Positions 56,818 through 64,000 of a stretch of 64,000 bases of DNA are shown piece after piece. The stretch spans positions 87,188 through 151,187 of the forward strand of contig DLQJ01000007.1 of assembly GCA_002477545.1 (NCBI GenBank), given 5' to 3'. Each line of letters begins with the position of its first letter. The first letter of the stretch is position 1. This stretch comes from Patescibacteria group bacterium UBA7435 (lineage in GTDB: Bacteria; Patescibacteriota; Minisyncoccia; Phycocordibacterales; UBA918). Below the pieces are notes generated by a model. The model was not told the origin of the DNA and searched no databases. It worked only from the letters and a program-made list of their open reading frames with translations. The translations under genes and the position numbers were made by a program.

Positions 56818-58029
56818 TTATTTTACCCATTCTAACAGATGCTGATATAAGTCACGGACTTTGCTTGCTACGCCTTTCCAAGAAAGTCGTTTCACTTCAC
56901 GTTGACCTTCCCGAACCAATTGTTGATGCATTACCGGATACCGCATTGTGGCAAGAATTTTATTAGCCATATCCTCAACATCCCAAAAATCAACTTTTAG
57001 TACATGGGTTACCACCTCAGCAACACCGGACTGTTTGGAAATAAGCGACGGTGCACCGTGTTGAATTGCTTCCAGTGGCACCAAACCAAACGGTTCAGAT
57101 ACTGATGGCATCACCACCAAATCGACACTCTGATACATTTGATCACGTTCTTCGTACCAAAGTGCCCCTGCAAACAAAATATGTTGTGAAAGACCCAGTG
57201 CCCCCACCTGTCGCATGATCTGTGCAGTCATGTCCCCTTTGCCTGAAATGACAAAGATAATATTTGGATCATGCTCAATTACTTTCTGTGCAGCTTGGAC
57301 AAAATAATCCACCCCTTTTTGAATCGTGATTCGTCCGTGATACAGAACAATCTTTTTGCCTTGTGCTCGCAGTTCTTGTAGCGTTGGTTCATGTCGCTTT
57401 GGCTCTTGGACATGTACCCCGTTATGCATAACCTGCACTTTCTCTGGATCAGTACCGTACTTATCAACGATAATATTTTTAGTAAATTGACTTACTGCAA
57501 TAACTCGATCGGCCGCATTAAATGCTTCCTGCTCTATACCAAACACCGTTGGGTCAACACTGTTTCCGGCAGCCTGATCAAATGATGTCGCGTGTACGTG
57601 GAGAATCAATGGTCTTCCTGTAGCAACTTTTGCTGCAACTCCAGCAAGATACGAAGTCCAATCGTGTGCATGAATAAGATCAAATGTTTCATTTTTTGCA
57701 ATCTCTGATGCTTTATGAGCAAACGCATGCACTTCAGCAATAAGAGTACTCTGGTACATGCGCCGCACCCCATACTCATCATATACATCCATGCGCGTTT
57801 CTGAGCCTAAATACGGTGCAATAGAAGAGTTAACCTCGTGCACACGGACCATGTGTTCAATGTCAGCAAAAATGAAACGGCCTGACCCTTCTACTGCTTG
57901 TGTTTTTGGCAATACAAAAATAACCTCAACGCCTTGTTCGGCGAGTTCACGTGTCAGACCTTGGCATGCTACGCCGAGTCCTCCTGTTGTGTGTGGCGGG
58001 AAATCCCAACCAAAAGTAAGAACTTTCAT
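56818..58029 (-). CDS. GT4 glycosyltransferase (glycogen-synthase-like)
   Basis: WDFPP..TGGLG, HAHDW, HVHAT, GRITIQKG, SEPFGLVPLEA. Confidence 0.92.
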   Translation of the reverse strand: MKVLTFGWDFPPHTTGGLGVACQGLTRELAEQGVEVIFVLPKTQAVEGSGRFIFADIEHMVRVHEVNSSIAPYLGSETRMDVYDEYGVRRMYQSTLIAEVHAFAHKASEIAKNETFDLIHAHDWTSYLAGVAAKVATGRPLILHVHATSFDQAAGNSVDPTVFGIEQEAFNAADRVIAVSQFTKNIIVDKYGTDPEKVQVMHNGVHVQEPKRHEPTLQELRAQGKKIVLYHGRITIQKGVDYFVQAAQKVIEHDPNIIFVISGKGDMTAQIMRQVGALGLSQHILFAGALWYEERDQMYQSVDLVVMPSVSEPFGLVPLEAIQHGAPSLISKQSGVAEVVTHVLKVDFWDVEDMANKILATMRYPVMHQQLVREGQREVKRLSWKGVASKVRDLYQHLLEWVK

Positions 58030-58147
58030 TGCACTAATACACAGATATCACCTTATATAAATTATACATAAAGCGGCCGTCTCAGACGACGCTGTAAGCA
58101 CATTTTAGCATGTACACAGTCTTTATATATTCTCCTTAGTGCGCGTA

Positions 58148-58176
58148 TTGACTCTGGCCACCCACTCTGGTAGTAT
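58148..58176 (+). promoter_or_regulatory. Sigma70 promoter TTGACT-17-TAGTAT, 9 nt before rpmG ATG
   Basis: Read directly from sequence. Confidence 0.65.
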
Positions 58177-58185
58177 TTCGCCACT

Positions 58186-58365
58186 ATGTCACAAGATAGA
58201 CTCATTAAGATGATAACAAAGGGAGACGCCAAAGGCGTTGGTAAAGGTCACGTGTACTACACAGTTTTCAATAATAAAAATAAAAAGGATCCAGGAGCGA
58301 AGCACACAGAACGAAAATACAATCCAGTAGCTAAAGCGCATACAGACTACACACAGAAAAAATAA
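58186..58365 (+). CDS. rpmG: 50S ribosomal protein L33, Cys-free form (not in ORF track)
   Basis: MSQDRLIKMITKGDAKGVGKGHVYYTVFNNKNKKDPGAKHTERKYNPVAKAHTDYTQKK; YYT..NK and RKYNPV..H motifs. Confidence 0.85.
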   Translation: MSQDRLIKMITKGDAKGVGKGHVYYTVFNNKNKKDPGAKHTERKYNPVAKAHTDYTQKK

Positions 58366-58610
58366 ATAAAGGCCCGCAAGGGCCTATTATTTATTTTGCT
58401 CCCGATTTGTACCATCCTAGGACAAATCGCTGGAACCGGAAGTGCAAAATTACGATGAAGATCCATTTACTAACCACAAAGAAGGCCACAAATACAATGA
58501 TAACCAAAAGAAAAGACTCATAGTTGTGTGTCTTTTTTTTGGTTATTTCTTTTGCATTCTTTCATATATTTTGCTATTGTTCAAAATAGAAATTGACCGA
58601 AGGATGAACT

Positions 58611-58964
58611 ATGCATATAGTAAAAAAAGTATCCCCCAGTGGCGTTTGGTGTGAATTTCGCTTTCCCTTCAGAATCGGAAAAATTGAGGAGAACCGATAC
58701 TGGCAACGTTTTTCCACAACATCGCTTACCGGTGGACTGACGAAAAATGAAGATCAACTGATGGCCATCGAAAAACTTAAGATTTTTGGGGAATTGCTCA
58801 AAATATCAAGATTGCCTGTTGACAGAGTCGATATTTGTAATCAGTTCGATAATGCTCTCGAAGTAAAAATTGAAGATGGTCCCAATGCAACTGCCGTAAT
58901 CATATTCAGTGCCGTGGATAAACTTTTAGAACAAGCTTTCCAGCTGGAGGTTACGGTTAAGTAA
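58611..58964 (+). CDS. Hypothetical protein (117 aa)
   Basis: ORF with AAGGA upstream; ends near shared terminator at 58993-59018. Confidence 0.55.
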   Translation: MHIVKKVSPSGVWCEFRFPFRIGKIEENRYWQRFSTTSLTGGLTKNEDQLMAIEKLKIFGELLKISRLPVDRVDICNQFDNALEVKIEDGPNATAVIIFSAVDKLLEQAFQLEVTVK

Positions 58965-59024
58965 CTGTTTTATATTGGCACGATACATAGCAAAAAGGCC
59001 TCCTTGGAGGCCTTTTTTAGAATC

Positions 59025-60053
59025 TTATGCTTCCATCGATGGGTCGTATGTTCCCTGATCCGCCATACTATTCAATCGTAATCGTTTAAGCAAGGCTTCT
59101 TGTGCTGCAGGGATATTTTCATCTTTCCCCATCCAGGCTTGCTGTACCGGCTGTTCGATTCCTCGTGAGAATGAAAATGCGAGCTCCCATGGTAATCCTC
59201 CCATCTGTTCCTCTTGCTCAGCTAATGCGTCAAGATTCTCTGTAGCTCGCTGTGGTGTCTGTCCTCCTGAAAGAAAGACAATTCCCGGTACTGTATCTGG
59301 CACAGTCTTCTGAAAGGTTCGGATAGAGGCTTCAGCGACACCTTTAGGGCTGGTTTGATCTGGATGTTCACTTCCGGCAAGTACCATACTTGATTTAAGG
59401 ATCACTCCTCGTAAATCAACCTTGTACCAAGACATAATTTCAAAAAGTTTCTTCAGTACCTGTGTAGTCACTTCTTCAGCCCGTTCCAATGAATGAGGTC
59501 CGCTAAAGATAATCTCAGGCTCTACAATTGGCACAATACCAACTTCGTGACACAGTGCTGAATATCGCGCTAATGTCATACAGTCGAACAGTGTATTTTG
59601 CTCTGTTGGTGTCGTGTCTGAGATATTAAATACTGTACGGAATTTTGCACCGCGTGCACCCATATCATAATATTCCTGTAAACGATCCTGCAGTCCATCA
59701 AGTCCTTGAGTAACCACCTCCCCTTCAAATCCGTGATGTGGGACTGTTCCCGTATCTACCTTGATGATTGGAATAATTCCTTTAGCAACAAGTAGGTCAG
59801 AAAATTGAACCTGGTCATCAGTGTGGTTACGAATGGTTCCATCATGCAAAATAACACCAGTAACAAATTCTTCGATACCTGGAGTGGTAAACATTAATTG
59901 TCGATACTTCCGTCGGAGCTCAGCTTCAGGTGGTAGCCCTAGGGCTTCAAGTTGTTTATTCATCGTTCGTGGACTCTGGTCCGCTGCTAAAATACCTTTG
60001 TGTGGCGACACGAGCTGCAATGCGATCTCATGGAGTTTTTCTATGTTTGACAT
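59025..60053 (-). CDS. Class I fructose-bisphosphate aldolase
   Basis: KGILAADQS, IKVDTG, GAKFR, VPIVEPE, ILKSSM (Schiff-base Lys), FLSGGQ, FSFSR. Confidence 0.93.
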   Translation of the reverse strand: MSNIEKLHEIALQLVSPHKGILAADQSPRTMNKQLEALGLPPEAELRRKYRQLMFTTPGIEEFVTGVILHDGTIRNHTDDQVQFSDLLVAKGIIPIIKVDTGTVPHHGFEGEVVTQGLDGLQDRLQEYYDMGARGAKFRTVFNISDTTPTEQNTLFDCMTLARYSALCHEVGIVPIVEPEIIFSGPHSLERAEEVTTQVLKKLFEIMSWYKVDLRGVILKSSMVLAGSEHPDQTSPKGVAEASIRTFQKTVPDTVPGIVFLSGGQTPQRATENLDALAEQEEQMGGLPWELAFSFSRGIEQPVQQAWMGKDENIPAAQEALLKRLRLNSMADQGTYDPSMEA

Positions 60054-60067
60054 GCTTATAGTGTATC

Positions 60068-60316
60068 AGTAGAACCCTCTCTCGTTAGGACTCCCTGTGG
60101 GTACAAAATCTAACGGGCCAAGTTTCTAATTCATTATATTCATAAGAACTTCCTTTCTTACAGAAACTGTTTAGGTTGTCGCTCTGAAGATCTGGCAACC
60201 TCTTGCGAAAGTATTTTGATACTTTCTCACCCGGCCTCGACTGTTTTTATATTGTGAATAATAAAAACATGTCTCCGACTGTCAAAAGAGTCCAAAAGCA
60301 AAACTGTTTGCTTTCT
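60068..60316 (-). repeat. Multi-hairpin structured element, same family as the 32.6-kb element
   Basis: Minus strand: agaaag...ggactc...aggttgcc/gcgacaaccta...gagtcc; at least five stems; starts right after a terminator. Confidence 0.65.
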
Positions 60317-60357
60317 AGAATAAAACCTGAATTCGTATGAATTCAGGTTTTATTCTA
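60316..60357. terminator. Hairpin terminator after ABC permease
   Basis: tagaataaaacctgaattc-gtat-gaattcaggttttattcta. Confidence 0.8.
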
Positions 60358-60360
60358 CTC

Positions 60361-61122
60361 TTACGACCTAATCTTCCATCCAATCTTAAATAGATGATTG
60401 ACCAGCGATGCCAGCCCAACAACCAATCCAATGATCAAGAATGCACCAAACGTAGTATCCGCTTCACTTACACCGATCATACTGCTACGAATACCATCTG
60501 CAAAGTAGAAAAATGGATTCCAAAGTGTAATTGTCTGAGCGACCTCTGGAAGCATTGTAATTGAGTAGAAAATACCACCTAAGTATGTCAGCGGTGTAAT
60601 TACAAACGTATTGAGTACTGTCAGCTGTTCAAAACTCTCAGCCCATAATGCGACGATCAATCCCAGCATAGAAAAGATCGCAGCAATTGCAGACACGTAG
60701 AGAATAAAGGCAATTGGGTTAACGAGTGTAACCGCGCCAAAGAAAAGTCCCGTGATAAGAATCAAGAATGCCACCATTAGTGAACGAGCGATTGATCCCG
60801 CAACAAATCCAAAGATCATCTCAAGATATGAAAATGGCGCGATCAAAATCTCCTCAAGTCCTCGTGTAAAGCGCATAAAGTACAGCGAAGATGATGCACT
60901 AGAGAATGATGCATTAATAATTGAGAGCATCAAAACCCCCGGAAATACAAAGGAGATGTATGGCACTCCCGCAATACTATCAATTTTTGATCCAATAACT
61001 GTTCCAAAAATAAAAATGTACAGCGCTGCTGAGATTACCGGTGCAATCAATGTTTGTACAACCACACGGAATGTCCTTTGTACCTCACGTCGAATCATCG
61101 TGTATAAGCCTATTCCATTCAT
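60361..61122 (-). CDS. ABC-2 transporter permease (YadH-like)
   Basis: QTLIAPVIS..LY..IFG, PLTYLGGIFYS, NPFFY..DGIR. Confidence 0.92.
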   Translation of the reverse strand: MNGIGLYTMIRREVQRTFRVVVQTLIAPVISAALYIFIFGTVIGSKIDSIAGVPYISFVFPGVLMLSIINASFSSASSSLYFMRFTRGLEEILIAPFSYLEMIFGFVAGSIARSLMVAFLILITGLFFGAVTLVNPIAFILYVSAIAAIFSMLGLIVALWAESFEQLTVLNTFVITPLTYLGGIFYSITMLPEVAQTITLWNPFFYFADGIRSSMIGVSEADTTFGAFLIIGLVVGLASLVNHLFKIGWKIRS

Positions 61123-61124
61123 AA

Positions 61125-61877
61125 TTACGATTTTTTATTATCTTCGCGAGTAATTGCAAGGTATGCATCTTCAACTGATTTACCGTCTTTCATAAAGCTT
61201 TCCTTAGTCCCCTGTGCCACAATCCGTCCATGATTGATAATCGCAATGTCCTTACATAGATACTGAATCTCTTCCAAATAGTGTGAGGTAAGAATAATGG
61301 TCTTCCCTCGTTCGTTCATTTCCTTCAGGTATTCCCAGAGATCATGCCGTTGCTCAACATCAACTCCAGCAGTAGGCTCATCAAGAATCAGTAGGTCGGG
61401 TGTATGAATAAGTGCGCGCCCGAGCATTGCTCGCCGTTTCAACCCTCCTGAGAGTTTTTGAAACTTCATATGACGATGATCCTGAAGGTCAAATCGTTCA
61501 ATCATTTCATCAATACGTTCCTGTCGTTCCTTTGCAGGCACACCATAGTATCCGCCCATATAATCCATGAGTTGTTCTGGTGTTGCGAAAATATCCACAT
61601 TGAATTCCTGTGGTGAAAGTCCAACTTTTGTTCGTGCTTCCTTGTAGTCCTTGACTACATCCGTTCCATCAATAGTGATCGTTCCTGAAGTAGGTTGTGC
61701 AATTCCTGTAATACAATGAATTGTCGTGCTCTTCCCTGCCCCATTGGGACCAAGGAGTCCAAAGAAACTCCCCTTTGGAATAGACAATGAAACATTATCT
61801 ACCGCCGTCTTCTCATCCTTCCCCTTCCCATATTTCTTCACGAGATTAGTAATCTCAAGCATTGGTATATCTGACAT
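61125..61877 (-). CDS. ABC transporter ATP-binding protein (YadG-like)
   Basis: GPNGAGKST, LSGGLKRR, LDEPTAGVD, SHYLEE; start moved to 61877. Confidence 0.95.
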   Translation of the reverse strand: MSDIPMLEITNLVKKYGKGKDEKTAVDNVSLSIPKGSFFGLLGPNGAGKSTTIHCITGIAQPTSGTITIDGTDVVKDYKEARTKVGLSPQEFNVDIFATPEQLMDYMGGYYGVPAKERQERIDEMIERFDLQDHRHMKFQKLSGGLKRRAMLGRALIHTPDLLILDEPTAGVDVEQRHDLWEYLKEMNERGKTIILTSHYLEEIQYLCKDIAIINHGRIVAQGTKESFMKDGKSVEDAYLAITREDNKKS

Positions 61878-61984
61878 GGTAGTAGTATAGCAAAAAAGTA
61901 TCTGGGCGCATCTATGGAGAATTTCTACAGTGATTAGTTTGTTTGATTGACTTTCATTCACTTAAAACGCATAGTTCCTAGACT

Positions 61985-62710
61985 ATGGATCAAGAAGAAC
62001 AGTGGCTACTTACTGAAAAGTACAAAGGCATGGAAAGCGAAGCTTTCCATGCCGACCTGACGCGTCTGCGCGATGGTGAACCGCTTGGGTATGTTATTGG
62101 CTCTGTTCCATTTATAAACTGTGATATCGCTCTTGATTCACACCCGCTGATCCCACGAGTAGAGACTGAATATTGGACTGAAAAAGCCATTACTGAAATA
62201 CAAAAAACAAAAAACTCTACAATGCTCGATCTTTGTGCTGGTTCTGGAGCTATCGGGACGGCGGTTGCTAAAGCAATTCCCGATGTACACGTCACCTTTG
62301 GTGAAATTGATCCTGTACACCTCCCTACTATAATCAGAAATGCTGAGCTCAACGAAATCACACCTGAACGTCTCACTGTAACTGAAAGTAATCTCTTTAA
62401 AAACATTTCGGGGACTTTTGATTTTATCCTGACCAACCCGCCATACATAGACCCCGCGGTTGATCGTGCGGAAGACTCGGTAAAAATGCACGAACCGCAC
62501 CTTGCGCTGTATGGAGGAACTGGTGGGATGGAATGTATTACTCGTATTATCGAGGAAGCTCCGCAGTATCTAAATAAAGACGGACAGCTTTGGATTGAAC
62601 ACGAACCGGAGCAATCAGAAGCCATTACCGCCCTTGCAAACAAAGCTGGATTCCACTGCATTACACACAAAGATCAATACCGTATAGAGCGTTATTCGGT
62701 GCTACAATAA
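61985..62710 (+). CDS. prmC: Release factor glutamine methyltransferase PrmC/HemK
   Basis: GEPLGYVIG, LIPRVETE, DLCAGSG, NPPY, EPHLALYGG. Confidence 0.93.
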   Translation: MDQEEQWLLTEKYKGMESEAFHADLTRLRDGEPLGYVIGSVPFINCDIALDSHPLIPRVETEYWTEKAITEIQKTKNSTMLDLCAGSGAIGTAVAKAIPDVHVTFGEIDPVHLPTIIRNAELNEITPERLTVTESNLFKNISGTFDFILTNPPYIDPAVDRAEDSVKMHEPHLALYGGTGGMECITRIIEEAPQYLNKDGQLWIEHEPEQSEAITALANKAGFHCITHKDQYRIERYSVLQ

Positions 62711-62714
62711 ACCC

Positions 62715-62933
62715 ATGATAGACAACACATTTATTACCGATATGCTTCCTATGTTATTTGAAGGAAGTTTTTTTGTGGTTATGCTTGTATTTGTAGGGTT
62801 TTCTTTAAGTATCGCCTATCACTGGTTTTCATACAGTTCAAGTAAATCAACAACAATGATCGCATTATGTGTATACCTCGCAGTCAGTGCAGTATTGTTT
62901 CTTACCATGGCAATAACACTTAACACACTATAG
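62715..62933 (+). CDS. Small 2-TM membrane protein
   Basis: Hydrophobic 72 aa with YHW motif; operonic spacing. Confidence 0.7.
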   Translation: MIDNTFITDMLPMLFEGSFFVVMLVFVGFSLSIAYHWFSYSSSKSTTMIALCVYLAVSAVLFLTMAITLNTL

Positions 62934-62935
62934 GT

Positions 62936-63505
62936 ATGTTATACGAAAAAATTCAATTAGAGCGTGATGAAAAAATCATTAAAATTGCACACCGTCACTG
63001 GTTTATATTTTTCACCATAACGTTTAACATTGCCGTTGTATCACTTGCTCCACTACTGGCATGGTTCGCACTGAGTATGCTGACACAAAGTTACGATGCG
63101 ACCATCCACATAGATCTATCTCTATACACCAACTATTTTGTATATTTCTATAGCTTCTGGCTGTTGCTTAACTGGATGACTCTCGCGCATTTATGGACCA
63201 CGCATCATCTAGATATTTGGGTGATTACAGACCGTCGTCTTATCCTTATCGAGCAGATTTCTCTCTTTAAGCGACAGATAGGGAGTTTCCGACTTGAAAA
63301 ACTACAAGACGTTAATATAGAAGTAAACGGTATTATTGCCACCTTCCTTGGGTTCGGAACTATTGAGGCACAAACTGCTGGTGGAAGTGAGACTGAATTT
63401 AGAACCAAACATCTCCCCCGCCCTCGAGAACTTAAGTCGGTCATTCTAAAAGCAGCTGATGAACGCATGAACACACAAAGTGACGTTGACCGAAATGGTG
63501 AATAG
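62936..63505 (+). CDS. Membrane protein with bacterial PH (bPH_2-like) domain
   Basis: HRHW, 2 TM helices, WVITDRRLI..EQ.SLF, LQDV, GFGTI..QTAG. Confidence 0.85.
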   Translation: MLYEKIQLERDEKIIKIAHRHWFIFFTITFNIAVVSLAPLLAWFALSMLTQSYDATIHIDLSLYTNYFVYFYSFWLLLNWMTLAHLWTTHHLDIWVITDRRLILIEQISLFKRQIGSFRLEKLQDVNIEVNGIIATFLGFGTIEAQTAGGSETEFRTKHLPRPRELKSVILKAADERMNTQSDVDRNGE

Positions 63506-63541
63506 TTTGCAATACTAATCTTACTCAACTAAAATCTATAC

Positions 63542-64000
63542 ATGACTAAACTAACAACCAATCCGTATAAAGGCGTACGAGATTTCTATCCTGAAGATAT
63601 GGCAGCACAGCGATACATGTTTGATGTATGGCGAATGACTGCTGAGCATTTTGGTTTTGAACAATACGATGCGTCTATTCTTGAACCTTCAGAGCTCTAC
63701 AAGAGCAAAGGTGCAGTAAATGAGGAAATGGTTAACGAACAAACGTATACATTTACCGATCGTGGGGACCGTGAAGTGACACTACGTCCTGAGATGACAC
63801 CGACTGTCGCGCGGATGGTTGCACACAAACGCCGTGACCTACACTTCCCCGTTCGTTGGTACTCAATTCCAAACCTCTTCCGATACGAACGTATGCAGAG
63901 AGGACGCCTTCGTGAACACTGGCAGTTGAACTGTGATATTTTTGGTGTGGATGATGTTTCTGCTGATATTGAAATCATCTTGCTTGCGAACGAAATCTTC
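63542..64000 (+). CDS. hisS: Histidine--tRNA ligase (5' part; runs off window edge)
   Basis: Manual translation MTKLTTNPYKGVRDFYPED...YTFTDRGDREVTLRPEMTPTVARM...FRYERMQRGRLREHWQLNCDIFG. Confidence 0.95.
   Translation, partial: MTKLTTNPYKGVRDFYPEDMAAQRYMFDVWRMTAEHFGFEQYDASILEPSELYKSKGAVNEEMVNEQTYTFTDRGDREVTLRPEMTPTVARMVAHKRRDLHFPVRWYSIPNLFRYERMQRGRLREHWQLNCDIFGVDDVSADIEIILLANEIF

Noticed and set aside
58442-58654. 70-aa ORF with hydrophobic stretch
   Set aside because: GTG start without support; the hydrophobic run derives from T-rich promoter-like DNA and it overlaps the next gene.
61990-62670. 226-aa minus-strand ORF
   Set aside because: Antisense shadow of prmC.

Overview
This 64-kb window reads as chromosomal DNA from a Patescibacteria (CPR) bacterium, most like Parcubacteria/Kaiserbacteria, using the standard code. 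The assignment is inferred from gene content: class I LysRS, XRE-MurA fusion, degenerate PriA and HolB, a VirD4/TraD-like ATPase, and mostly Shine-Dalgarno-less genes. The left third holds core cell-wall, division and translation genes (murF-ftsI-ftsL-rsmH-mraZ, uppS, lysK, greA, pbp2-mreDCB, proS, rseP, frr), then a VirD4-like ATPase module, a second mreB, XRE-murA, priA, def/fmt and two HPF paralogues. From tRNA-Asn (31.7 kb) to about 53 kb is an accessory zone of mostly single-gene units (stress, DNA repair, surface and secreted proteins). It is followed by a GT4-GH57-H1-like-GH15 alpha-glucan operon, rpmG, a class I aldolase, an ABC-2 transporter, prmC and a partial hisS. No CRISPR array, integrase, transposase or rRNA was seen. 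The most unusual signal is non-coding: a family of multi-hairpin elements that sit directly after terminators (about 32.63, 32.97 and 60.07-60.32 kb). The first carries a split antisense copy of the adjacent tRNA-Asn 3' end, and the two copies near the tRNA alternate with small cargo genes like a tRNA-anchored cassette array. Other notable features are pervasive leaderless promoter geometry on core genes versus SD-led orphan genes, a candidate self-operator for XRE-MurA, and a histone-H1-like protein inside the glucan operon. All family assignments come from motif recognition by eye; no database search was run.
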